A stretch of DNA of 63,602 nt, counting the filler, from Bigelowiella natans CCMP2755 (Eukaryota; Protista; Cercozoa), in assembly GCA_000320545.1 (NCBI GenBank). It is 6 parts of 6 records of this genome, joined end to end, with 100 filler letters (N's around TTAATTAATTAA, not from the genome) between each part and the next. Parts side by side here need not be neighbours in the genome. Positions count along the whole stretch, not along the records: positions 46,852 to 60,956 come from ADNK01003374.1; positions 61,057 to 62,422 come from ADNK01001334.1; positions 62,523 to 63,602 come from ADNK01001962.1; 3 more parts are not named here. One strand, 5' to 3'. Positions 49,663-63,301 of this stretch are shown one piece after another; the first letter of the stretch is position 1; the number at the start of each line of letters is the position of its first letter. Below the pieces are notes generated by a model. The model was not told where the DNA came from, did no database searches, and worked only from the letters and a program-made list of their open reading frames with translations. The translations under genes and the position numbers were made by a program.

Positions 49663-50501
49663 GGAGGGAGAGAGAGAGCGTGCGAAAGGAGGAGCTTTGC
49701 AGTCGCCGGTTCGAGTTCTTTCAATTAAAGAGGGTGTATCTAAGCCCTTCTAATCATTCCGAATATTAGCTTTGATTCACCTGAAAAGTGCCTTGCTTTG
49801 ATAATTTTCATTAATAACATCATCATCATTAATAACATCATCATCATCATCATCATTATCATCATCTTCTTCTTCTTCCTCTTCACCATCATTATCATCG
49901 TCGTCATCATCATCATAACCGTCACCACCACCGTCATCACCATCACCATCATCGTCACAGGTACAATTCGTGGATTGGTCGCCCTGCGCCTTCAAATGCG
50001 GCATCAATTCCGAGCCCCCCGTGAGGCCACCAGGGACGTGCTTTGCATCAAACTTGAAGAGGGCTTTATGCATGATCTCCAACTCGACTGCTGTTGGGAG
50101 CGTATTCACCCGTCTTGACCGCAAGTAAGTACTCACTACTCCTCCTCCTTTTGTTTTTAATTGTCGACGGATACGTTGATGATGCAATGTTTCAGCTGTA
50201 GGATTGCCCCCCCCCCCCCTCTATTCCTCCTCCTCCTCCTCCTCCTCCTCCTCCTCCTTCTTTTAGTTATCATCACGAATGTATAAATCCAAACACCCAT
50301 CCTGATTGTACTGCAACAAGAAATAATCCGCTCACATCATCAAGGTTCGACCTGATGTACGCGAAGAGAGCGTTTGTGCATTGGTTCGTCGGGGAGGGGC
50401 TAGAAGAGGGGGAGATGACCGAGTCCCGCGAAGACCTTGCCGCTTTGGAAAAGGACTACAGCGAAGCGGGGGCGGAGACCATCCACCCGGAAGGAGAGTA
50501 A
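47638..50501 (+). CDS. Divergent alpha-tubulin (8 exons)
   Basis: [15 protein letters not shown]|[17 protein letters not shown]...[13 protein letters not shown]...VVEPYN...[12 protein letters not shown]...[15 protein letters not shown]...[13 protein letters not shown]...[11 protein letters not shown]. Confidence 0.95.
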
Positions 50502-52410
50502 GAGAATGGATTTATTACAAGGTTTGGAGAGGAGGTGATGCCGCTACTCGTCGTAGTATTACGTGTCGGTGATGTGCATTCCCGCAAATTTACTACTTAT
50601 TCAGGGCAAATATTCGTTGGTCATATTTGCCCCTGGAGGCGGCGCTCGGCGTGTTCTGTGGACTTGGTGTGCGCCCAGACTATGAGAGGAGCTGCAGTCC
50701 TTATGTGGCGTGGTGGCGAGAAGAACATCTTTCAATAGGTTTGAGCGAGAGGGGGGGGGGGGGGATTGATAGGTTAGTTACAAGCTAGCATGGCATAATG
50801 GGGATGATGGTGATGCTGATGATTTGATGGTGATGATGATGATGGACGGTGAAGGCGACGATATTATGATATATAACAAAGACGATGATGTAAACATTTG
50901 ACATACTCTGTACCATCTCTGTCTGCAGCGTTTTCGTTTTTGCTTTGTGTTTATTACGATTTTACGGTCGAATATAGCATCGGACTTAGTAAGTTTATTA
51001 TGCATAATATGCATCGATCGAATCAATCGAAATGCGCGTGGCACGATTCATGCATTATGCAGTGGCAGGCCGCGCGATGAAGTTCATGCGACGTGCGGCG
51101 CGATTGCACAATTCTAGACTGGCTAATCTGGCACCAAAATGACAATGATCGATTTGTCGTTAAGCTATACAAACCTGCGATGCAGAGCAGTCTAGCAGTC
51201 TTTCAATCGCAACGCCATCTAGCCATGTCTTGCTAGCTTGGCCTTGCAGTACATTGTTGTAATAAATCTATCTTTTACGTACTATCAAATAAAGTTTAAT
51301 AGGATAACAAGATCTGTCTCTAGCCCTTTAATTGAATGCAACGTATGTACATTAACTCGACCCTTCGAAGGCGCTAATACAATATTTGAAACAGAGGAGG
51401 ATGAGTACCAGTTTATTGGTAAATTTTATAGAGGAATGTTCAGCGAAGTTGATGTAGCCTTTACGGAAAAGGAAGAAAACAAAAAAATCTGTGCTTTAGC
51501 TGCAGCTTATGGAGCATTTGACTACTGAACAGGCCTACCAAGTTTTCTATTTAGATCTAGATTGTATCTATTGTTTTTTTGTGAATAACAAATTCCTTAA
51601 AACTTTATTTTTGAGATGCATTTAATGTAGTAGCAGAGTTTAGCCCTACATGACTTTGCTAGCAAAATAAACAATGGCGCAGCGCAGCTTCTTGCATGTC
51701 CTGCTTCCGCGCGCGCGCGGCGATGCAACACAGGCGCAGTGGCCCAAAAAAGGGCCTATACTTATTATAGATAATCTGTTTACTCAATATTAGCCGAACA
51801 CTGCTTTTTGCAACGTAAGAATTTTCCGGGTATATTTATTACAGATATGTATCCCAAAACAATTTCAACTATGGCTGGAAATTCTTCAAGCGATCCGTTA
51901 TATGGTTTCCCTATACACTGATGTTGGAAACGTTCTGACGCTTCGACGCGCTTTTTCCATTTCTTCCGAAAAAAGCTGCGACACCATCCAAATTAAAATG
52001 ATGCCTGTAAAAAAGATCCTTCATTGAGACCCCATTTTGGATTTTCTTAGACTTCGCTGTGAAAAATTTTTTTACGTCCAAGCTATAAAATTGACGAAAG
52101 AGGCCAATATTTAAAATGCCCACTAATTTAGGCGAGAGCGACCCCATCAGTTCAATAAGTTTTTTCCAAGGCATTGGAGCTTGAGCGCACCATCGACTTT
52201 CTATGATTTTTAGAACGATAGAACGTAAACATTTTTTTACATCGTTCTGGTCTTTAATTCGCTTCACCAGGATGTTTGTTCGTACCTTTGCTATCCTTGC
52301 TACTGTTATCCTTGCTACTGTTATCCTTGCTACTCCATCATAATTCTGTTGAGCTTCTCGTCGGCATATTCGTCCTTCAGTTTATCGGGGTGGAAATGTT
52401 ACAATGAACA

Positions 52411-54116
52411 ATGAACAATGAAGAAAGCGTTGATCAAAACTACATGCGCCAGAACCACATGGGAGACAGGCATTTGCACGCAGCAGAGCCTCAACAACAC
52501 TCGTTGCAAGGACTTGCAAGTACAAGACATTTGCAATGTACGATGGTTTTGGCGTTTCCGAGCGAAAAAAATCGGAAAATGCTTTCTTTCAAAAATGCCG
52601 GGCGAAATGATCGTGCGACATTCAAGTGCGACCAGAAAATATCTAGAAATTATCCAAAAGGCCAGGGAGGGCACAGAAACGAAATCAATGTAATGTGCCC
52701 CCAATGTGCTTCTCTCTCTCTCTCTCAAAGCGACAGTTTGTCTTCTGTTTCTTGTTTGGTTGCACCCTATTGAGTTCCCTCGGTACTGCTGGGATCGCTG
52801 ACTCAAGCCTTCAAAAATTTCGGTGGGGAGGGTACGACTGGCCCTTCAAGGAAATATCCGCATCAGCTTATGTATACAATATGGAAACTACACACACACA
52901 CGCACACACAACGACCAACCAACTAAGTTTTATGCCTCTCCCTGTCTTGCATTTTTTTAATCAAATTGTTGTTGTCAGCGCCTTTGGTTACTAATGCTGA
53001 TTGCTGTGTCGCATATGGTTGTAGGCGTTTCACTTCGATAACGAGCAGGTTATCTCATGGGCAAACGGCAACGAGACCACCAACACACTCTCTTTTGCAG
53101 ACTGCAAGCGCAGATGCAACTCCGGATTCTTTAGTAACGTTATCATCATTATTCGATCTCTATACAGTGAACACAAACACCTTTATACACTTCGAGCTCT
53201 ACTTCATCGACACTCATGCTGTGCGTGTGTACTGCGCGTGCGTGTGTGTTGGAAGGTATAAGCCCATTTACGGAACTGACTGACAAGCAAACTGGATGTG
53301 TATGCCACGTGTGCAGCGCAATGGTAAAATGTTGTCATAATTCTTTATGTTATTGTTTTTATGCCACAGATTTATGAACTCACCCTTGTTTTACATTTAA
53401 TACGTTTTAAGGACGGTGCCGCTCCAGTGTCAGTTTACATGTTGATAGCGGGGACTGTCTCCTTGGGTGTTAGCACGGCGCTCTTGGCCTGGAATATTTT
53501 CGTGGAGGACAGAGAAAGTATCCTGACCAAACGGCTTAATTGTTTAATGTTGGAACTATCTTATGCTTAAATAGTGTATTAGCTTATTGTACGCATGAAT
53601 TCTTTCCCCTTCGTTTCCACCATTGATTGCTCTAAGCTCTGTATGGCCGATTTTTTCTTTCATATGCACTAATTGTTAGGCAACTCGATACCCTCGGTTC
53701 TCTGCTGCGCCTGTTTTGGTATTGTGCTGGTGTTCACCAGCTGGGTTATATGGCTGAGCAATTTCAAGAAATACTACTTGTACGGTAATGAAACCGAATA
53801 TCCAGAACTTGACTGCTTAACTGATAGCGACGATCAAGCCAACATTGTTCCAAGGATGGGGCTAAAACTGCCAATGGTTGCGTCAATAATACCAGTCGGT
53901 ACGTATCATTCGAGGTGGTGGTGCATATTTTTTTGTACGTGAAACTCTCGTTTTTAAATAACTATCACGTGTGTGTTTGTTATTTGTTCATACATGGCGC
54001 CAGGGATATTTGTGCTCGGCATCTTGAGCATGCTATGTATGGCGTGTTGTCCCTGCGATGGTGACCGCGGCGGTGAAGGTGGCGGATATCGAATCATAGG
54101 ATATATTATCGAATGA
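52411..54116 (+). CDS. Multi-pass (about 4 TM) membrane protein of unknown family
   Basis: Hydrophobic exons FVFCFLFGCTLLSSLG, VYMLIAGTVSLGVSTALLAW, CFGIVLVFTSWVIW, MVASIIPV|GIFVLGILSMLCMACC. The 5' structure is uncertain. Confidence 0.45.
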
Positions 54117-55323
54117 GAACAAAGAACTACATTTCCAAAAGCTGTTACGCAAGACATTTGCAATGTACCAAATGCAATGCCTCGAACTAACTTCAGTGAG
54201 GGCTACAACTGGTAATGAAGTGATTTGAATGTTTTCAATGGGCATCTTAACGTAGCTATGCGAACCAGTACGTGGCCGTGGCTACAGCGCTTTGCTGTAG
54301 CCCCATTACACAGGCTGCTTCAGCTGCACGCACACACGAACATGTGCATGTAGTTTCTACACCTGTTCTTGACAACACAAAATGCTGCAATGTCATGCAT
54401 TTGTGCCATTTGTCTCATTGATTGCGTGTTTCATGCGCATTTTGAAGCATCTATGCATCCGGTCGTCGATGACATCGTGCGATGCGCGATGCATGTAGTA
54501 CGATGTGACGCACGTGCAGCAGTTCTTCCATGCTGTGTCTACCAGTCAGAAGACTGCTGCTAGATTGCAAAGCGCACAATTGAAAAATGGGCTGGGATGA
54601 AGATGGTCAAAATGGCAACAACACGTCAATTGAGACGTCGACGCATGCAAGCTGTGCACATCCAATTGACAGCGCGCGAGCATGCCAACATGCACACACT
54701 CACACACTAGCATCCACTTGTTCATGCAAGCGTGGCAATGATCCATGGCAATGAAGCACCTGGCAATGTTCTGGTGGCCACAGATGATCACAAACCAGCA
54801 CTAAATCGACCATTGATTCTTGTGATCATGACAGATGACGTGACATGATGCACACATTGTGCACACAGTGTTGCCATGTCCATAACAGACAACGTGGCGG
54901 TCGATCTAGACGGTGGCTATATCCACAAATTATTTGTCTCTGCTATCTGCTATTATGTGTTGCCAGTTGGCCATGCGCATGCGCAAGCATCTGCTTTGAT
55001 GTCGCAAGCGCTCCGTATGTCGCCGATCATGTAGTAATAATCATATGAATATAGCCATAAAGGCTACACCATAGCATATTTTGTAAGCGAACACACTCGC
55101 GAGTGCGTGTGCATAATAAAACTATGTATCGTCTAGATATGTTAATTCATAGGCACATACACGAATATGTAGCCATAAAGCCTCTATATATTTGTTAAAT
55201 AAAAAGGCAGACAGGTTACATGCGAACAAACTCGAGCTACCAAATAGAGACTTATTTAATGTGTATGTCCGTGTATGCGCGTAAACACTAGAAATGCATA
55301 GCAAATAAATATACATAATATTT

Positions 55324-55362
<39 letters not shown>

Positions 55363-55366
55363 ATTC

Positions 55367-55404
<38 letters not shown>

Positions 55405-55686
55405 GCTACGGCAAATCGATAGCCGTTGAGCTTGCACGCTGCAGAGAATCGATACGTTTAGACGCGATACAAATATGCAAGTACATTAAAGATTCTATTG
55501 GTAGGACATCGATCGACAATAAGAGCCGGCTGGCATGATGCCACAGACATCTTCTCATTCTCTGTTACGTGCACGCATCGTGTTGTCATCGGATATACAT
55601 CTACGGATACGTGTCAGGTGAGGCGGAGTAGGGCGCGTCTTCGACTCGACTAGTGCGCAGCTCCGAGACCAGCAGTATCACCATCA

Positions 55687-57708
55687 TCAACGACCCCCGC
55701 GAACGCCAGCCTCGCCTAAATCCTTGAACCCTTGACCATATATCGAGTAGAAGTCTTTGCGGTTATTACCTACACTACTACTACTACTATCGCTGCTGCT
55801 GCTGCTGCTGCTACTATTGACGTTCCCTCTGCTTTTGCGAGCTGCTTTTCCTGCTGAAGCGGGTGATGAAGCGGGGGGGGGGGAGACGGGGACATTGTGG
55901 GAGCCTCCACCGTTCAGAGTGTCGGGGATACAGGTGAAGTTCTTTGCAGTGCAAGGGCCACCGCTGATGGATAAAGAAGGCAGAGTGAGATGTGGGTTTC
56001 TTCTCACGTGACAAAACACGGTAGTATTAGGGTACCTCCCCCCCCCCCCCCCTCTCCCCTTTCCCCACGTACTGGATGAAACGACCAAAGCGCGCCCATT
56101 GGCTGCATGGAATGTACTTGCAGGAGTCCGCCTCGCCCCCCCCCCCCCCTTTCCGCCTGCGCGTCGTCGAAGTAGAAATAAAAATAGCCCAGGTTGTACG
56201 TGAGGGTATCCTCTTCGTCGTCGCTGTCGCTGGACGCTTGGAGCGAGATGCCGCCCCCACCCCCACCCCCGCCGTGAAGGCGCAGAAACTGGGGGGGGCA
56301 GCCCCGGACGAGTTCCAAAACCTGGATGGGGTTGTTTGTTGTTAGGAGGATGGGGAAAGCATGAAGACAAAATGCCCTCTTTCACCATGTTTCCCCTCCC
56401 CCGCGCTTGCCCCTCACGATACGAAGCGCGAAGAGGGGGGGCGGCGGGCGAGGGGGCTGGCCGTGCACATATTGAACGACAAATACATGCATGCGTGATG
56501 ACAACAACAACGACAACCTGCGGGAGGTAGAGGAGAAACTGCTGGAGGTTTATCCCATCGTCCCAGCGATTCACGGTGCCATTGGACCCGCACCCTGCGT
56601 GTGCGTGCGTGCGTGAGAGAGAGAGAGAGAGAAAAAGAGAGAGAGAGAGAACGAACATCATCACCATCACTATCACCATTCACCATCATCATCGTAGTCG
56701 TCATTAGTCTTCTAAACATACCGATGCTGACACCGCCTGGCAGCTCGATGGGGAATATCGTCACCCCCCCCCCCCCTCCCCCCTCGTAGTCCACGTTCCC
56801 CTGCGATCTCTCCAGACCCCCGCCCCCACCCCCGCCCGCGCTGATCAACGTCTTGACGCCACACTTGATCTGAAATCTGAAAGAGACGGGAGAGTTTTAT
56901 TTTTTATTTTTGTTTCTTTTGAACCCCCAAAAGAATAATGCTTGTGTGCACTGCTTTTATACTCTTGGGGCGCACGGCGATGAGCTAAGCAGCACGTGTT
57001 GGATGCACAGAGGCCTTCTCGGTGGATGGCTGTACAGTGCGCGCCAAGCCCTCCAAACGATATGTATATAGCGGCGAGACCGTTTGCGTGCTATCTGGTT
57101 CGCTCAATCAATATATTTTCTATCGATCAAAGCTTTGAACATCACGATGTAAAGCCAGCATGTAACATACCCCGCTCCCCCCCCGCCTCCGAAGGAGACG
57201 ACGGAGCCGTATGTGACAGCTGTGCCCCCTGCAGCGCTGAAAGCTCGTTCAAACTGGTACATCTGTTGGCAATCGGACGGAGGGAGAGGGGGTGGTGGGG
57301 GGGGGGAATAGATTAAAAAATCGCTGGCGTTCATACGTGAAGAACACTATTTTCACTCATTTGGAAGCTTGTTTTCCATAATAGCTTTTGGGAGTCAAGG
57401 GGGGGGAGGGGGGGAGAAGATGGGGATTGAGATCACAGGCGACACTAACCTGTGCCCCTCCAAGAAGGGGTGTCATTTTCAGAGCAAGATCGAGCTGTCC
57501 TGTTAATGTATGCGTGCTTATGCGTATGCATGCATGCATGCATGTGTGCGTGTTTGTGTTGCGAACGAACGCGTATTTATGCAAATATGGACCGGGATGC
57601 CGGGAAACAATGAGGTAAAATTTTGAATTCCAGACTCTCCAATACGCACGATTTATACTTCGCCACATATTTGGTAAAAACCATTTGCCTCCCCCCCCCC
57701 CAAGCGCG

Positions 57709-57753
<45 letters not shown>

Positions 57754-58655
57754 CCTGTGAGGAGGAAGAGCAAAAAATCTGCCAGTCCTTTAGAGTCAAT
57801 GTTGATTTCGCTCGTCACAGCCTTGAGACGAGGGTGAAATAGAGAAGGGGTGGAACAAGCATCCTATCAACAATCCTCACGTGGCTTGAATATATCAACG
57901 TCACGTGCTTTGGGGGGGGGGGGATGGGGGAGGGTGTGGGGATGTTTTGCACGCAGCTGCAACCGAACCACCTGCTTAATGTTATCACACAAAGACGGAG
58001 AGTATGGAGCGATGATGTCGCACCCTATTTGTGTCCGTCCTTCTCCCTTGACAGATATGATGGTGATGATGATCAGATGACGTGATGAATGGCGGCAACG
58101 ATCATAATGGATTCTGTGCATCGTGACAAGTGCCATGAACGAGACAACAGGCAGAGGAGTCTGCTAATACCACCTGTCCGAGGGAGATTGGCGTCTTTGT
58201 CGCATCCTGCCTGATAGCTTCAATCCAAGACCGAATCTATTATTTGTTTCGAGAGTGTAAAAAGGAGGGATAAACACACACCCTTTGTTTTCCTCGTATC
58301 GCCGTATTTATCTTATAATTTCCGATCATTACACTTTCAATGGCCAATATCTATCGGCTTGGACCCTCAGCTAGCCCACCCCTCTCTTCACCTTATTCCC
58401 AAACGTCACTCCGAAAACCCTCGACTTCCCGCTGCCGACCATATCTAAAACCTCGACATCTGGGGGGGCGGAGACAAGACATGTTAAGCGTTGGCAGCAT
58501 AATGACAAAGGCATTCCCTTGCTGACCAAGATAATACCTTGCAAGAGCGGCTGTCTATCCTTCATCTCCTCAGCTTGACCCCCCCCATCTCGACACGCGA
58601 GATTGAAAACCAGTGAACCGGCCAAGAGCATCGAAAGTACGATTCGAGCTCTCAT
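55687..58655 (-). CDS. Secreted glycine-rich protein
   Basis: Signal-like MRARIVLSMLLAGSLVFNLAC. Exons YGSVVSFGGGGGAG|FQIKCG...ISAGGGGGGG...EGGGGGGVTI and [11 protein letters not shown] alternate beta segments and poly-Gly, as in ALK/LTK-type Gly-rich domains. The model is incomplete. Confidence 0.45.
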
Positions 58656-59107
58656 CAGAGAGATACGAGGAGCCTATATTTGAGAAGACTGTGAATGGAA
58701 AATCGGGACCAACACACATGGCAAGCCCCAACTATGTGACCTGCTGCACCTTCTTGGCGTCGCCGCCCTCGCCGGGGAAGATCACGGAACCTTCCTCAGG
58801 CTTCCTTCGCCATTGCTGCATCCGAAATCCGAGGAAAATCTTAAAATTATACGAAAATGTCCTACATTTTGTCCCGGTTTTATCACTCTATTGCCGCTTT
58901 TTACAAAAAATTGGGACGGAGTTCCGACTCTCGTATCCGACCGCTGACTATCCGATAATTATCTTCCTTTGGTTTACAACACAGAAAACACTATTGCAAG
59001 CCATGGAAGATTTCTGTCAAATAAATTAGGTAATTTACTCGTAAGGATGCCAAGATGTGAATACAAGGGGCTGTTATCGAGAGAATATCGGACAGGTTTT
59101 TGTCTGA

Positions 59108-59899
59108 ATGTTCCGACAGAACAGAATGCTGCATGCTCTGATCCTGTGGTTGGCAACGTGTCCTGGCTGCCTAGCAGCGGTGGGGGCAAGGGGCACGATA
59201 AAAACGCTCTTGAAACAACCAGGCTTGTCAAGGAAGGGGGAATCATATGCCCGGAGACGCAGTTTGCGGCGAAATGCGAAGGAAACCATGCGATGGGCCC
59301 CGGAAGGCCGAGCACTCAGGAGGGTAGGAGCATCCGTCTTCTTTCACTGTCAAAACAACGTGAGGACGGACGGAAAGTGTAAGATGATTTTGTGTTACTT
59401 TGATGTGGTTTTTGTAGTTCCAGGTGCGACGGGGAAGGCCGTCGTTGGTGATTAGCCGGGCGGAGGCGCCTTCTGACATAGTAGACAGTGGCCGGGACGC
59501 GGGTCTTGATCAACAAACACAGCAAACACAACAACAACAACAACAACAACCACCACCACAACGACAACAACCCGCAAATTCAACGAGAGGCTAGAGACGC
59601 CATTAGCTTGGAAGCCTCTCGACCCATGTAAATGATACAACAACCTCAGTGTCCGATGCGAAGGAAGAGCTACTTCTGCGAGCAGGCGACATTCTGACTC
59701 AGCGGAAGCGTGGTACTACGCATGAAAACAAAACCGTTCGGAAACACCAATGAATACAGGGTCATAGGGAATTATATTGTTTCGGTCCTGCCTGCAGGTA
59801 ACCAGCCTCCTTCTCGCGAAGTTGCGAGCGATTTCCGAGCGCTCTCGCAAAGGCTCATCGAGGGTGGGTCAGGGAATAAACAGTGTTGTACCGAATGTT

Positions 59900-59983
<84 letters not shown>

Positions 59984-60212
59984 AGTAATGTTTTACTGGT
60001 GACGATATGGCACCTGCACATAGCAAAAGGAGCGAAAGCAGAGCTTGATTTGCTGCCAGGACTCTGGAGGTTGGAGTATACGACAGCACCAGGTTCAGCA
60101 GAATAACCCGCCAAGAGAAACAGAAGAGAAGATGCTGATGAAAACGAAGATGAAGAATAAATAGAGAAATAGGAGCAGGATGAATGAGAATGTTGTAACA
60201 TTGCATATGTAC

Positions 60213-60250
<38 letters not shown>

Positions 60251-60264
60251 TTATATGTGTGTAT

Positions 60265-60299
<35 letters not shown>

Positions 60300-60738
60300 G
60301 ATTATTCATATTTCATGTATCTCAAACATCGAGCAGACGTGCTATCACTCTTCGACTTGGAAAGACTTCCGCTCTCTCCCGTCCGCGTGGGAGACATTTA
60401 TCAGCGCTACTCCGCAACGACACCTGAGGGGGTGTCGGGGGAGAGATCTGGCAGCGTTGAGAACATCGTTAAATTATCGCTTCCGCCCTTCACCGTAGCA
60501 AACGACGGGTTGTGATGGCTTTTGTGTATGCATGAAAAAAGTTTAGGATGGTGGAGAAGAATGGCCACACACACACACACACACACACACAACACACGCG
60601 TACATGTTAAAAGCACACATTTCTACCACTTCCCCTTCCTTTCTTTCTCAGGCTGACATTCACCGTCGCTGCCCGGTATTATCAAGGGGAGGAGGACGTT
60701 GCCATCGCATTTGAGAAGGCAGGAATAGACTCAATACG
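59108..60738 (+). CDS. Plastid lipid-associated protein (PAP/fibrillin) with bipartite-like leader; truncated
   Basis: LLPGLWRLEYTTAP|DVLSLFDL...VGDIYQRY...VENIVKL...DG|LTFTVAARY...IAFEKA; the N-terminus is a signal peptide plus an Arg-rich region. Confidence 0.7.
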
Positions 60739-61225
60739 GTGTGGAAGATCTGACCACGATATATGAAGGACGGAAAAATCACAAAATGACTTGTATTTTG
60801 GTAGCGTTGACCGAGGATTTCAATCTCTTTCTCTTTCTCCTCCCCTCCCCCCCCCCGGGCATCGACGGTGAATGTCAGCATGAGAAAGAAAGGAAGGGGA
60901 AGTGGTAGAAATGTGTGCTTTTAACATGTACGCGTGTGTTCATAGGACCACTCAGTNNNNNNNNNNNNNNNNNNNNNNNNNNNNNNNNNNNNNNNNNNNN
61001 TTAATTAATTAANNNNNNNNNNNNNNNNNNNNNNNNNNNNNNNNNNNNNNNNNNNNAAGGGTGCTGCAGACGGGTGGACGCATCAGAAGGACGGGGGGGG
61101 AACTCACTAATGATAGGGGACGATAAACGCCCGTCATAGCAAAAACAACAAGGGCAGGGTCCACCTTAGCAGCCCTTTTATTTTAATTATTCATTATTAT
61201 TATTATCACCCCCCCCCCCCCCCCC

Positions 61226-61269
<44 letters not shown>

Positions 61270-61270
<1 letters not shown>

Positions 61271-62235
61271 GTGCGGTGGTGTGGCTGATTGGAGAGTATG
61301 GGGAGACGATCGACGACGCCCCCTACATCCTAGAGACGCTCATCGATAACTATAACGATGAACAGTCGAGCACCGTCAGAACGGTCCTAACCCTTCCCCA
61401 GTCACACAACAACAATAACTACAACAATAACAGCTACAACCAGAAGAAGAAGAAGAAGAAGAAGAAGAAGAAGAAGAAGAGAAGGAATATAATAAGTCAA
61501 TGAGAAAGAAAAGTTCATGCCAGCACTAGCAGCAGCATCAGTATGTAAGAGTCCTTGCTCCGGAGTTGTTTGGTTATCCGGAGTTGTTTGGTTGTTCTTG
61601 CTACTACCACTGCTCTGCTGCTGCTGCTGCTGCTACTACTCAAGCAATCTGAAACCAGCTCATCTCCAATGCATTCGTCTCTCGGCCAACTGGCTTCTCA
61701 CTACTACTTCTTCTTCTTCTTTTTACCAATCTACCAGGAATTACTAACGGCCACGATGAAGTTGTTCTTCAAAAGACCACCTGAGCTGCAGAAGATGCTA
61801 GGCCGACTGCTAGATCAAGCGATCAGCGACAGCAATCAAGTTGACGTTAGAGATCAGGTACTATTAGTAGTAGCAGAGGGGGGGAGACAGAGAGAAACAA
61901 CAGTGAAGCACCTGCACAGCAAATGCACATGGAGCAGCATATGCAGCATTACGTTCTTGAATAATCTCTCCGCAATATCTGGTCATCATCGTCATCATCA
62001 TCATCATGATCATGATCATCATAATCATAATCATCATCGCCACCTCCATCATCGTCGTCAATTCATCGTTCTTGCAGAATCACCAATCATGATGCCAAAG
62101 TGTGTGACTGACAACTTAAAACAACCGATGTATCAAATATGATGGTACTCCTGATCGGTGTTGCAGGCGCTTTTCTACTACCGATTACTGCGACATGACC
62201 CTCACGAGGCTGCTCGTATCGTCAACTGCGAGAAA
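61270..62235 (+). CDS. AP4B1: AP-4 complex beta subunit, internal exons
   Basis: VWLIGEYGETIDDAPYILE|ELLTATMKLFFKRPPELQKMLGRLL...DVRDQ|ALFYYRLL. Confidence 0.85.
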
Positions 62236-62633
62236 GTAAGTGGTAGAAGTTGGGGGGGAGGGTGGTGTTGAAAACAGCTCAGCCTTGCCCATGCCTCTGT
62301 GACATATCTTTTGCTATGAAATGCTTTTGTAAAGAAACGACAACAGCATCATCCCCCTCATCTTCATCAACACCGTCTGCATGACCATCAACGGTCATCA
62401 GCAATCATCAACAATCAACAACNNNNNNNNNNNNNNNNNNNNNNNNNNNNNNNNNNNNNNNNNNNNTTAATTAATTAANNNNNNNNNNNNNNNNNNNNNN
62501 NNNNNNNNNNNNNNNNNNNNNNCCAGCTTAGGTGCCGTCGCACTCCCGCGCGGCGCGGCTAAGATGCGTTCGAATCTGGTTGAGATGCTCCACAGAGCTA
62601 TCACCACCTCCCCCCCCCCCCCCCCTGTATGTA

Positions 62634-62676
<43 letters not shown>

Positions 62677-62735
62677 ATGCTCTTGACGTTGCTGTTATTG
62701 ACCACCACCACCTTCTGCTCTTTGTTTCACATACA

Positions 62736-62795
<60 letters not shown>

Positions 62796-62820
62796 CTCAC
62801 CCACGCACCCACGCATATAG

Positions 62821-62934
62821 GTGGTGATAGCTCTGTGGAGCATCTCAACCAGATTCGAACGCATCTTAGCAGCGCCGCTCGGAAGTACGACGTCATTTTA
62901 ATAATGAACATAGTACTAGTGGTGTTAGTATTGC

Positions 62935-62971
<37 letters not shown>

Positions 62972-63075
62972 GTCACCACTAGCATAGTCGTATTCCTATC
63001 GTATTCTCTCTTCTCCTCCTCCTATTTATGTATTCGTTTCTTGACGCCAAGCGCCTCTTCGCTGCCCCAGGGAGA

Positions 63076-63115
<40 letters not shown>

Positions 63116-63264
63116 CACACATATCCATATACATGCAGCTACGCGACTCTGGGCATGTGTCAGCCGCACTTGGAGCGCACAAAGCTGTGCGACTTGTCGC
63201 CTCAGGAGTTGGACCCGAAATACCTCAATCAGACCGCACAAGTAAACGAATTATATGATAATAT

Positions 63265-63301
<37 letters not shown>

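Noticed and set aside
47638-50501. Alternative genetic code or non-canonical introns
   Set aside because: Conserved genes (tubulin, RLP24, AP-4 beta) translate with the standard code, and the introns I resolved are GT-AG.
51238-52400. AT-rich ORFs (51238-51528 and 51911-52267) and a 15-bp x3 repeat near 52292-52334
   Set aside because: No recognisable motif or splice structure, so no call can be supported.
60591-60940. Inverted repeat of about 86 bp (60591-60676 versus 60855-60940), a possible MITE or hairpin
   Set aside because: It copies an intron/exon junction of the fibrillin gene, sits next to a poly-C run and lies 16 bp from the contig end. A fold-back amplification or assembly chimera is the most likely cause.
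62550-62878. Inverted copy of about 60 bp of a GBP-like exon
   Set aside because: Same pattern (contig edge, adjacent poly-C), so a likely artefact.
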